From Scenedesmus sp. PABB004 (Eukaryota), in contig JABVCE010000030.1 in assembly GCA_014905635.1 (NCBI GenBank), forward strand, positions 124,001 to 188,000: 64,000 nucleotides of DNA, in the 5' to 3' direction. Within the stretch, counting starts at the first letter, position 1; each line of letters begins with the position of its first letter. The notes under the pieces were generated by a model. That model saw nothing but the letters and a program-made list of their open reading frames with translations, was not told where the DNA came from and ran no database searches. Of this stretch, positions 52,301-63,748 are shown one piece after another. The position numbers and the translations under genes were made by a program.

Positions 52301-55300
52301 CTGGCTGCTGCTGCCAGCTCAGCCATCGCAAGCCAGCACAGCCACCCACGCTGCGTTGGCTTGTCGGCGTGTGTTGGCTTCTTGCGGAGCTTGTAGCGCG
52401 CGTTTTGACCGCTTGGTTGAACGTGGTGTGTGGCTGCATTTGACCGCTTGGGTGGTTGTGGTGGCCTGTGATGGCTTTGGCTGGTGATACCAGCACTGGC
52501 TGCTGCCCGCCAGCGCAAGCCATCGCGAGCCAGCACAGCCACCCAGCCGGCGTTGGCTTGTCGGCGTGCGCTGGCTCTTGCTTGATCTTTTCGTCAAGCA
52601 CAAGATCAGCCAGAAGCCAGCACAAGCCAACAAGCAACACCGCTCGGGCGTCTGTTCGTTTTTGCTTGTGCATGCCTGTGCGTGTGCTGTGGATGCTCGT
52701 GGATTCTCGTGCGTGCTTGTGCGTGCTTGTGCGTGCTTGTGCGTGCTTGTGCGTGTCCCCCCCCCCCCCTCCATCATCATCAACACACACGCTCAGGCAC
52801 CCCCCCCCCACACACACACACGCACACACCCCGCGCGCAGGACCTGCGCCAGGACGAGCGCGTGATGCAGCTGTTTGGGCTCATCAACTCCATGCTCAGC
52901 GCCGAGCGCAGCACCGCGGAGCGCGACCTCTCCATCGCCCGCTACGCCGTCATTCCCCTCTCGCCCAACAGCGGCCTCATCGGCTGGGTGCCCAACTGCG
53001 ACACGCTGCACGCGCTCATACGGTGCGGCGCGCGGCCACGCGGCGGCGGCGGCGCTGGAAGACCCGGCCGCGCGCGCGCGCGCCGCGCCTGCCGCGCCGC
53101 CGCGCGCCCCTGCGCCGCCACCCTTGAGCTCAATCCTGGGCCCTACACCCTCTCTCTCTAAACCCTCTCTAGACCCTATCTAAACCCTCTCTAAACCCCC
53201 CGCGCGGCCGTGCCGCAGGGAGTACCGCGACAGCCGCAAGATCCCGCTCAACTGGGAGCACCGCCTCATGCTGGGTATGGCGCCAGACTACGACCACCTG
53301 CCGACCATCCACAAGGCGCGGCGGGCTAGGGGCTGTGGGGTTGACGGGCGTAACGAGGGCTTACAGAAAGGGGGGGGGCAGCGGGGAGGGGAGAGGGGGC
53401 GGGCTCCGCGGCGCGCGCGCGCTGTGGGGGGCTCGCGCGCGCCCTGCTGCGCTGTCCCACGCACCTCTGTGCGCCGCGTGCCCTGAACCGCCCGCCCTCC
53501 GCCGCCGCCGCCGCCGTGCTCCCCGCTCCCTGCTGCGCCCGCCGCCAGGTTGAGGTGTTTGAGTACGCCCTGGACTCGACGAGCGGCGAGGACCTGCACA
53601 AGGCACGCGCACGCACACGCACACGGGGGGGGGGGGGACTCGCTGGGCTGATCACTGATCAGCTTTGCCGCTCGCCTCGGCCGGCCCCTGCCCCGTGCGC
53701 CCCAACACACTCACTCGCACTCACGCACTCACACACTCGCGCTCGCGCACGCCGCCCGCACCCCACCCACCCCGCCGCCGCCCGCCCCCCCCCCCCCCGC
53801 CAGGTGCTGTGGCTGAAGAGCCGCAACAGCGAGGTGTGGCTCGACCGGCGCACGACCTACACGCGCAGCACGGCCGTCATGTCCATGGCCGGCTACCTGC
53901 TCGGCCTGGGCGACCGGCACCCGAGCAACCTCATGCTCGACCGCTACAGCGGCAAGCTGCTGCACATCGACTTTGGGGACTGCTTCGAGGCGAGCATGAA
54001 CCGCGACAAGTTCCCGGAGAAGGTGGGTGCGTGCGGTGGGGGGAGCGGGGCGGCGGGTGGGCGGTGCCGTGGGTGGGTGGGTGGGGGGTGGGTGGGTGGG
54101 TGTGGGTGGGTGTGGTGCGGGGGGGGGGGGGGGTGAGGTGTGAGGGCGCGTGCGAGGCTCGGCGCTCGCGCCGCGCTCACGCCGCCCCGCACCCCCCCCC
54201 CCCCCTCCCAACACACACACACACACACAACACACAACCACACACTCCCTCCCTCCCCTCCCTCCCCGCGCGCCAGGTGCCGTTCCGGCTGACGCGCATG
54301 ATGATCAAGGCCATGGAGGTGTCAGGCATCGAGGGCAACTTCAGGACAACCTGCGAGGCCGTGCTGCGCGTGCTGCGCGCGCACAAGGACAGCCTCATGG
54401 TGCGCGGGGGGGGGGGGGGGGGTATGGGAGCAGGGGGGGCGACCGGGGGGGGGGGGGACGGCTGTTTGAGGTGTCAGGTGAACAGGCTCGCGGTAGTGAG
54501 GCTCCGGAGCCTGGCCACCTGACGCCTCAACCAGCCGCCCCCGCCGCCGCCCTGCGCGCCGCCGCCGGGCGCCTGCTTGCCCGCCCCCTGCTGCCCTCCC
54601 TCTCCCTCCTCTCTCGCTCTCACTCCGCCCTCACGCCCTCTCCCCCCCCCCCTCCCCCCCCCCCCCAATGAAAGGCCATGCTGGAGGCCTTTGTGCACGA
54701 CCCCCTCATCAACTGGCGCCTCCTCAACACAACAGAGGCCGCCACAGAGGCGGCGCTCGCGCGCGAGTCAGAGGCGGCCGCCGGCGGCGGCGCCGCGCCC
54801 GGCGCCGGCGCCGGCGGCGCGGGGCCCGGGCCCGGCGCCGCGGCCGGCGGCGGCGGCGGCGCCGCGCCGCCGGCGCCGGCGCGGGGGCGGGCGCCGGCGC
54901 GGCGGCGGCGGCGGCGCGGGGCTCAACGCCGGCGGCGCGGGGCCGCAGGTGCGCGGCGGGCGGCGCGCGGCGCGCGCGCGCGCCCCGCGCGGCCGCCCCG
55001 AGCCGCCGCCGCCGCCGCCGCGTCCGCCCCGCCGCATCCGCCCCGCTGCCGCGTCCGCAGGGCGACATGCCGTCGCCGCCGCAGCGCGGCGCGCGCGAGC
55101 GCGAGCTGCGCGAGGCGCGGGACCAGCTCCGCGACCAGCTCGGTGCGCGCCGCGCCGCGCTGCGCCCACGCTCGCCGCTCGCGCCCCCGCTCTCTGCTCA
55201 CGTCCCTGCTCCCCTCCCCGCTCCCCTCCCTCCCACACACACCCACACACACCACGCACACCACGCCCTCCCTCCCCGCACACCCCCTCCCACACACCAC

Positions 55301-55793
55301 ACGCCACACACCACACGCCACGCACCACCCACTCAGCGGGCGACGCGAGCGAGGTGCTGAACGAGCGCGCCATGGCGGTGATGCGTCGCATGACAGACAA
55401 GCTCATGGGACGGGACCACCTCGGCGAGGGCGGCCCGCCCGCGGGCGAGAGCGACAGCGTGCCCGCGCAGGCGCGCGAGCCGCGCGCCGCGCAGCGCGCA
55501 GCGCCGCGCCGCGCCGCGCGCCGCCGCCGGCGGCGGGCGAAGGCGCGAGGCGCCTCTGAACGCATCTCCCGCCCTGCCCCGCGCAGGTGCAGCGCCTCAT
55601 CGCGCAGGCGATCAGCCACGAGAACCTCTGCCAGTCCTACATCGGTGCGCGCGCACGCGCGCGCGCCGGGGTGTAGGGTTTTAGGGTTGGAGGGTGCAGC
55701 GCCCGAGCCCGCGCGCCGGCCTCCGCGCCGCCTGCTGACCAGTCCCCGCCGCCCGCCCGGCCGGGCGCCGCAGGCTGGTGCCCGTTTTGGTGA
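37717..55793 (+). CDS. TOR: Target of rapamycin kinase (HEAT repeats, FAT, FRB, PI3K-like kinase, FATC)
   Basis: [171 protein letters not shown]…[32 protein letters not shown] and [14 protein letters not shown]. About 55 exons by eye. One in-frame TGA and several small indels. Confidence 0.98.
52115..52640. repeat. Fold-back/tandem repeat element inside an unusually long TOR intron (possible MITE-like or minisatellite insertion)
   Basis: Three direct units start at 52164, 52322 and 52519 (gccatcgc[ag]agcca…cagccaccca…gttggcttgtcggcgtg…). 52121-52146 is the exact reverse complement of 52519-52544. GC is visibly lower than in the surroundings. Confidence 0.85.
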
Positions 55794-56201
55794 GGCGCGC
55801 GCCGCCCGCGCGCGCGCCGGCCGGCGCCTGCAGCGGCAGGCCGCCGGCCGGCGGCGCGGGGCGCGAGCGGCGGCGGCTGGCGTGTACATCTAACGGGCGG
55901 ACGGGCGGGTGGGGCCGGGACGTCCCGCGGGCGGGCGGGCGGACGGGCGATCGATTGGCGGCGATCGGTTGGCGGGGCTCGGGGGCTGTCCCGCGCCGCC
56001 GCCCGCCGGCGGCGCGCGGGGGGCTCGCAGCGTGCAGCGCAGCAGCGGGCGGGGCGGGCATGCGGCGGGGCGGCCGGCGACGGCGAGTGTGCAAGCTCTT
56101 GCACCTTGGAAGCTCCCTCGCGCGTCCGTTCGCCTGCGAATAAAGGCAGCAGGCCAATTCTCGCAACCGCTGGGCCGCCTCATCAGCAGCCAGCATCGGC
56201 G

Positions 56202-56241
56202 TCAGCAGCCAGCTGCAGTGCGCACTGCAGCTGGCTGCTGA
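56202..56241. repeat. Perfect 40-bp palindrome between convergent TOR and kinase 3' ends
   Basis: tcagcagccagctgcagtgc|gcactgcagctggctgctga. Confidence 0.95.
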
Positions 56242-56474
56242 TGCAGCTGCGCAGCGCACGCGGCAGCAGCAGCGCCAGGCAGCTCAATCAACCACCCGCT
56301 TGTCGGTGCCGCCCGCTTGTCGGTGCCGCCCCTTAAACCCCCGGCTCGGTGCGACGCGCCCTGAAATGTTCGAGGCCGTGCCGACTCAGTGCGCCCGCCC
56401 TCCCCGCCCGCGCAGGCTTGCGGCGGGCGCGCCCGTTCGTGGGGCCGCCGCGCCGCGGCGCCGCGCGGCGTGCC

Positions 56475-59400
56475 TCAAAACTCGCCCTCGTGCGCGGCGC
56501 CGCCCCCGCCCCCGCCTGTTCGGCGCGGGCGCGCCATGCGCGTCAGCAGCGCCACAATCTCATCAAACCCCGGCCGCGCGTCGGGCGCGTGCGCCCAGCA
56601 CGCCTCGGCGAGCGCGACGAAGGCGGGCGGCACGCCCGGCGCTTGAAACAGAGGGCGGCCGCCCTCGATCACGTGCCTCATGACCGCCCAAGGCGACGTC
56701 GCCGCCCCAAGGTGGTGGTACACGCGCGTGACCACGCCGCCCGCCGGCGCAGCCGCGGGCGCGCCGGCGCCGTCGCCGGCGCCGCCCGCAGCGGCCGCGT
56801 CGCCGCCCAGCGGCTGCCCCGGGCCGCCGCTGCCGCCCGGGCTCGCGTGCGCGGACGACGGCGCGTGCGCGAGCACCGCCGTGGGCAGCCCGAGGTGCAC
56901 GAGCTCCCAGAGCAGGACGCCGAAGCTGTACACGTCAGCGGCGGGGCGCAGCCGGTGCGCCTGCAGCAGCTCGGGGGCCTGCGCGCGCGTGCGGCGCGTC
57001 GGCGCGTCGACGGGCGCGCACACGCGCGAGCGGCCCGCTGGTCGCGGCGCGCCGCCGCACCATGTGTGTGAGCGTGCCGTGTGTGAGCGTGGAGAGGTGC
57101 GTCCCCGCGCTGGGCAGCAGGCGGCTCAGCCCAAAGTCGGCGACGCGCGCGGTGAAGGGCAGCGCGCGGCTGTCGTCGGGCGGCGGCGACGCGAGCAGCA
57201 CGTTCTTGCTGCACAGGTCGCCGTGGCAGATGTTGCGCGCGTGCATGTGCTGCATCCCCCGCGCCACGTCCAGCGCGACCGCCACCACGGACGCCTGGGC
57301 CCGAACAAGGGGGTGCGGCGCGCGGCGGCGCGGCGGTGCGGCGCGCGGCGTGGGTGGCCGGCGACGGCGGCACGGGGCCGGGCGGGGCGGGCGCGGAACG
57401 CCCGCGCGGCGGCGCACCATGTTTGCGTACGGTGTCGCCTGCGCGCCCACGTGGCAGCGCAGGCCGCCGTCCAGGACGGCGTCGTGCAGCGAGCCGCCGT
57501 CCGCGTATTCCAGCACGAGCAGCACCTGGTGATGGGCGAGGGTTCAGGCGCCGCGCGGGCGGTGTGCGAGCGCGCGGGCGGCGCGCGCGGCGCGCGGGGC
57601 CGCGCGGCAGCGCCGCCCACCTGCATCCACGTCCGGCCGGGCAGCGGGGCGCCGCTGCCGCTGCTGCCGCCGCTGCCGCCGCTGCCGCTGCTGCCGGGGC
57701 CGCGGGCGGCGGGCAGCGGCGTGCCCGCCGTGCCGGGCGTGCCAGCCGTGCCCGCCGTGCCCGCCGTGCCGGCCGTGGTGGTGCTGCCGGCGCGTGGTCC
57801 GTCGAGCGGCCGCATGCGGTGCGCGAGGCAGCCCACGATGTTGGCGTGGCAGAGCAGGGCGTTGACCGCGAGCTCCGAGCGCACCGCGCGCAGGTCGGCG
57901 GCGCCCTGCGCCTCCATCACTTTGACTGCCACGCGCTTGCCCTGCCACGTGCCCAAGTAGCACCGACCAAAACTTCCAGCGCCGATCATCGGCCCTGCAG
58001 GGCGACGCGGCGGCGGCGGCAGCGGGGGAGGAGCGTGGGCAAGGCAGAGGGTCGGCCCCGCCGCCGGCGCCGCGACGCGCCGCCCGCCGCCGCAGCGCGC
58101 AGCGCCTCGGAGCCCCGGCCCCTGCGTCGCACCGAGCGCCAGGTCGTCCAGGCCGTCAGCGCTCGCGGCGGGCGAGGGCGGGTGTGCGGCCAGGCCCGCG
58201 CCGGCGGCCGGCGCCCAGCGCAGCGCGGTGTCAAAGTCGCCCTGCAACAAGGAGTCTGGCGCGCCGAGCTCGTCCGCGGACGCTGATGCCGGCCCCGAGG
58301 CGACGCAGCTGCTGGAGTCCTTGCCTCCCGGGGCGTCTGCCACGGCGGCGGCGGGCGCCGCGCGCGCGGGCGGGGCCGGGGCGTGCCGCCGCCGCTGGCT
58401 CCGCCACCACGCCCACGACGCCAGCGCAGCAGCCAGCGCAGCGGCGCAGCCTGCGGGCGCAGATTTGCGGGCGGCGTCGGCCCGTGCGCGGCGGCGCCGC
58501 GCTGGCCGCCCCTGCCGCCCCCGCGCCCGCAGCCCCCGCCGCTGACCATCCCCCGCGCCCGGCAGCCGCCCCGCACCAGGCGCCAGCCGCGCCGCGTCCT
58601 CTGCCAGCGCGGCCGCACGCGCGGCGCGCGCGCGGCGGCGCCGAAGCAGGCGGGGTAGCCCCGCGCCGCGATGCACGCCGCGCTGAGCGTCGAGGCACAG
58701 GGGTAGTAAGCTTCAAACGCCTCGTCCACGCCCGCAAACGCGGCCGCCGAGCGCCGGTCCGGCTGGCGCGGCACCTCGTACGCAAGCGCCGCGACCAGCA
58801 TGCCGGCCGGCCAGCAGGCGGCGGGAAATGCCCACGCTGCCGCGCACGCGCCCGCGTCGGCAGGGGTCAGGCTGTTGGCGAACGCCGCCGGCGGCGCCGC
58901 GCCCGCCCCGGCGGCGCCGCCGCCCGTCGCCGGCGGCGCGCGCCAGAGCGCCGGCGGCGGCGTGTACCCCGGCGGCAGCGCGTGGCCCTGCACGACGCCC
59001 GCGAGCCACTTCAGGTCGGCCGGGCACGCGACGAGCGGGCGCGACACGCGGTGCAGCGCGACGCGCGCGCCGGGGGCGTAGCTGACCGCGTGCACGCCCG
59101 GCACCCACTTGGTGTAGCTCCGCTCGAGCGACAGCTGGCTGAACACCAGCCGCACGCCCGGCTCTAGCGCGATCACCTCCTCCGCGTACGCCAGGTCCAG
59201 CACGACCAGGCGGCCGCCCGGCGGCGGCGCCGCGCCGGCGATGGTCACGTCGCGCGCGACGCGCGCCGCCGGGGCGCGCCCGCCGCCCCAGAGCGGCGCA
59301 CGCGGGGTGAGCGTGATGTCGGCCAGCAGCGTGATGCGGCGCACGGCGTCGTCGCGCAGCGCCGCCAGCAGCTCCTGCTGCGTGCGCACGGCGGACTCGC

Positions 59401-59587
59401 CGCGCCCGCCGCGCGCCGCGGGCTGCGCAGCAGCTGCCGCTGCCGCCGGCAGCAGCTCATCCTGCGTGCGCGCGGCAGCCTCGCTGCTGGCGGCGCCTGC
59501 CGCTGCTGCTAGCAGCAGCGGCAGCAGCAGCGGCAGCAGCAGCGGCGGGCCCGCGCTGCGGCGCCCGCCGCGGCGCGGCGGGGCCAT
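56475..59587 (-). CDS. Receptor-like protein kinase (signal peptide, ectodomain, TM segment, TKL-type kinase)
   Basis: Signal peptide PPLLLPLLLPLLLAAAAGA; TM/juxtamembrane …AAALAAALASWAWWRSQRRR; kinase motifs IGAGSFGRCYLG, VAVKVME, HANIV, LVLEYADGGSL, HGDLCSKNVLL, ADFGLSR, GTLTHM|APE, DVYSFGVLLWEL and CW…RPGF. Confidence 0.9.
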
Positions 59588-59997
59588 CCGCTACCGCTGC
59601 ATCTCCGCGGCCCGCGGAGCTGGCCGAACTGAGCCCGGGCGGCTGCAAAGCGGCTGTGTGATCTGTCGGAGCCGGGGCGCGCCGGCGCTGCTGCTGGCGC
59701 GGCGTGGCGTGCGTTCGGCGGCCTCTCGTGGCTGTGAACGACCGTGTGGACCCCGGGGCTGGTGGTGCCGAGTCTGGGGCGGCGGCGGCGGTCTCGGCGC
59801 GCGCTCCGACGGCGGCGGTTGCGCCCCGAACCCCGCGACCTTGCTGCGAGACCGCTGCCGGCCGAGCCGCCGCGACGACACGAACAAAATGCTCCCCAAA
59901 TCAAGTGCGTCAAAAAGGGCCGCCCGCGCCGGCGGGCGTCAGTGCGGCGAGCAGCGCCGCGCGGCCGGCCGCCGCGCGCGCCGCGCGCGTAGCGCGG

Positions 59998-62900
59998 TCA
60001 CAGCTTGTCGAGCCCCGGCCCGAACGGGTCGGCCGCGTCGACGTCCTTGGGGCGCAGCGGCAGGTTGCGCAGCTGCGGGCTGTGCGCGAGCGCGAGCTTG
60101 AAGCCAAAGTGGGGCACCGGGTTGTAGTACGTGTCCATGTGGACGATGTCGTCCCACGTGTCCCCTGCGCCACGCCGCAGCCGCGCGCGCGCCGCGGAGG
60201 ACCGTTTGTGAATTTGGAAGGGGGCAGCGGCGGCGAACGGAGCAGGGCGCGGCGCGGCGGCGCGCGCACCCGTGGTGCTGTGCCCGTGGCGGCGCACGGT
60301 CATGCCGCCGAGGTGCTGCTCGCCCCACCAGCGCTGGTAGCGCTCGCCGGAGCCGCTCACGCTCCACACCTGCGGCGGCGGCGGCGGTGGCGGCGGCGGC
60401 GGCGGCGGCTCGGGGGTCCCGCCCCGCCGCGCCGCGCCCGCGCGCGCGCGCGCGCGCGCCGGCGCCGCCGCCGCACCTCGCCGTTCTTCTCGCCGCGGCC
60501 GTCGGCAAAGGCCTCGCGCCACTTGTCGCCCCACTGCTCCCGCGCGCCGCCGGGCAGCAGGCGCTCGGCCCACTTGTCCGTCCACTTTACGCACGCGTCG
60601 CCGCCGGACTCGTAGTCCTCGCCCCAGCGCTCGTGCCAGACGTTGGGCCCGTTCTTGCCCCACTTGTCCGCAAACTTGGCGACCTTGCCGCCCGCGTGGT
60701 AGTGCTCGCCCCACTTCTCCTCCCACTCGTCGCCCTGCAGCGCGCGCGACGCGGCGGCGCGGCGGCGCGCGTGGGGCGGCGCGCGTGGGGCGGCGCGCGT
60801 GGGGCGTGCTTCGGGCGGCCAGCACGGCGCGCCGTCGCTCAGCGGCGCCCCAAAGCACGCGCAGTCGCGCGCGCGGTGGTCTGCTGGAAAACCGCGTGCG
60901 CCCGCGGCACACGGCGTTCGCGCAGACCACCGCGCGCGTGACTGAGCGTGCTCTGGGCGGCCGGCAGCGCGCCGCCGCGCGCCGGCCAGCAGCGCGCCGG
61001 CACGCGTGGGGCGCGGGGCGCCGCCGCCGCCGCCGCGCGCGCGCGCGCGCGGCGCGGGCTGGGCGCGCGGTCTCACGTTGCCCTCGGCGGCCCACTTGTG
61101 CGCGTTGCGCTCGACGACGCAGTCGAGGTCGTTGCTGGCGTACATGAGCCGCTCGCTCCAGCTCTCGCGCCACGCGTCGCCGTCGGCGTTGCGGCCTGCG
61201 GCAGGCGCGGCGCCGCGCCGCGGCGCGGCCGGCTCGGCGCCATCTCCCCCTCGCCCACGCACGCACACACGAGCACAGACACGCTCACACAGCATGCACA
61301 GCAGCACACACACTCACACAGCACGCACAGCACGCGCAGCAGCCGCGCGCGCGCGCCAGGCCGCGGCGCACCCTTCTTCTCCGCGCCCATCTCCTTGAGC
61401 CCCGTGTAGTCGCTCGCCTCCCACCACGTCTCCTCCCAGTCGAGCGTGCCCTCCGCGTTGCCGCCGCGCAGGAGCTGCCAGCGCTTCCAGTAGCCGTTCT
61501 GGCGGCGCGGCGCGACGCGGCGCGGCGCGGCGCGTGGCGTGGGCAGGGCGCCGCGGCACGCGCCCGCCGCGGGCGGCGCGAGCGCCCGCCGTACGCGCAT
61601 GCCCGTCGCCGCGCACCTTGCCGAGCTCCACGCCGCTCTTCTTCTCCCACCACGTGCCGTCCGCGAGGATGCCGCTGCCGTCGGCGAGCGCGCGGCCGAC
61701 CGGCTCGGGCGCCGCGACCGCCTCGCCCGTGGCGGCGTCGACCGCGACCGCCGCGGGCGCGGCGGCGGGCGCGCCGCCGGAGCGCTCCGGCGGCCTGCGG
61801 CGCGGGGCGCGTGAGCCGCGGCCGACGCGCGAGCGCCGCGAACGCACGCGGCGCGCGCCCCTCGGACCTGAACGCAGTCGTCAGCTCCAGCACGCTCTGC
61901 AGCGGCGGCAGCACCGCCGCGCGCGCGCGCGCGCGGCGTCCGCCTCTGCCTGGCTGGCCAGGCCGAGCGCCGCGGGCGGCAGGGCGGGCATGTCGTCGGC
62001 AAACGCGAGCCCCGCGCCGGCGGGCGTCGCCGCCGCGGGCGCGGGCTGCAGCTGCGCAGGGAACGCGTAGCCGGCGCTGCTGCCGCCAAAGTCGTCGGAG
62101 CCTGCGGGGCGCCGCGGGCACGGGAGACGCGGCGGCGGGCGATCGGCGGGGGTGGGGCCGGGCGGCGGCGCCGGGCGGCGGCGCCGGGTGGCGGATGCGA
62201 GCGAGGGGCGCCACGCACCCAGCAGCGACTGCGCCCAGCTCGGCGCGGGGCCGTGCCCGCCGTCCAGCGCGGCGGCGCCGCTCTTGGTGCCCGCCACGCC
62301 GCCGACGGGCCGCCCCGTGCTGCTGCGCAGGTCGCGGCTCGAGCGCAGGCCGACCGGCGCGGCCGCGCCGCCGCCGCCGCCAACACCGCCGCCGCTGAGG
62401 CCGCTGGCGCCGGCGCTCGGCGGCGGCGCGGGCGGGTCCTTGGGCGCCGCGATGGGCGCCCCCGAGCGCTGCATCTCATCCAGAGCGTTCTGCAGCACGT
62501 GGCGCGTCAGGTCCTGGCCGTCAGACAGCTGGCTCCAGCGCCGCGTTAGCGGCTCCGACGCGGCGCCGGCGGCGTCCAGCAGCGAGCCCCCCGCCGCGGC
62601 AGCGGCGGCTGAGGCGGCGCCGCCGCTCGGCGGCGGCGACGCTGCAGCCGGCGGCGGCGGCGACGCTGCAGCCGGCGGCGGCGGCGACGCTGCGCGCGCC
62701 GCGCCCGGCGGCGCGGCCGCGCCCCAGGCCGGCGGCGCGCCGGCGGCGGGCACGGCGCCGCCGGGCGCCGCCGGGCGGGGCGGCGCCACCGGCGCCGTCG
62801 CCGTCGCCGTCGCACCACGGCTGGCCTCCGGCGGCGCGCCCGTTGTGCCCAGGGCGGCCTTGGCCGCCGCCAGCACCTCGGTCTGCCGCGGGCGGCGCGG

Positions 62901-63748
62901 CGGGCGCGCGTCAGGCGCGGCCGCCGCGCGCGCGGCCCCGGCGACCCCGCGCCGCCGCCGCTGCTGCTGCCCGGCCGCTGCTGCCCGCTCACCGCGCGGC
63001 TGATGATCTCCTGCGCACGCGCGGTCGGGTCGGCCTCGCTCGCCGCGCTCGCGAGGCCGAGCGTGGCCGCCAGGTCGCCGCCGCTGCTGCCGCCCACGTC
63101 CAGCGACGACGCGGTGCCGCCGGGGCTGGTGCCGCTCGGCGGCGAGGGCGCCTCGCCGTCGCTGTCCGACTGCGGCGGGCGCGCGGCGGCGGCGGCGGCG
63201 GTCGGCGGCGGTCGGCAGCGGTCGGCGGCTGCCGCGCGACCCGTCCGCCCCGGCCCGCCTGGCGCCGCGTGCGCTGCCGCGTGCGCCGCCGCGTGCGCCG
63301 CCGGGGCGGCCGCACCTCGAACGCAATCAGCTCCGACAGGAACTTGCTGCCCTCGCCGCGTCGCTTCTCGTCGCTCGCCGCCGCGGCGCACGCGCAGCTG
63401 CCGCGGCGGCGGCGCAGCGGCGCCGCCGCGCCCCGCCCGCGCCGCGGGAGCGCGGCGGGCGCGTGCCCCCCGGCGCCGCGTGCGCCCGGGCCGGCGGGGG
63501 CTCCATGCCTGCGGGAGGGCGGGGCCGGCGGGGCGGCTCAGGGTGGGCTCCCCTCGCGCCGCACGCGCCGCTCCGGCGCAGCGCGCCGCTGCTGCCGCCG
63601 CAACTGCCGCCCCCGCGCCGCCCCGGCCGATCCGCGGCCAGCCCTGCGGCATCCGACACCACCCCACGGTGCCGGGGCCGGGGGTGTCGAGCCGGCGCGG
63701 GCCTCGCTGCGCGCACCTGCCGCCCGCCAGTCGCGCCGCGCAGCGCAT
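59998..63748 (-). CDS. ESV1/LESV family starch-granule protein (Trp-rich domain); the long N-terminus suggests LESV-like
   Basis: NGYWKRW, WEETWWEASDYTGLKEMGAEKKG, WRESWSE, ERNAHKWA, WEEKWGEHY, KFADKW, WHERWGEDY, KWTDKWAE, WGDKWREAF…GEKNGE, WWGEQH and DTYYNPVPHFGF…SPQL. The 5' exons and start (ATG 63748) are uncertain. Confidence 0.88.

Noticed and set aside
52164..52600. CRISPR-like array
   Set aside because: The units are long and similar along their whole length with no unique spacers. There are no cas genes and the context is a eukaryotic intron.
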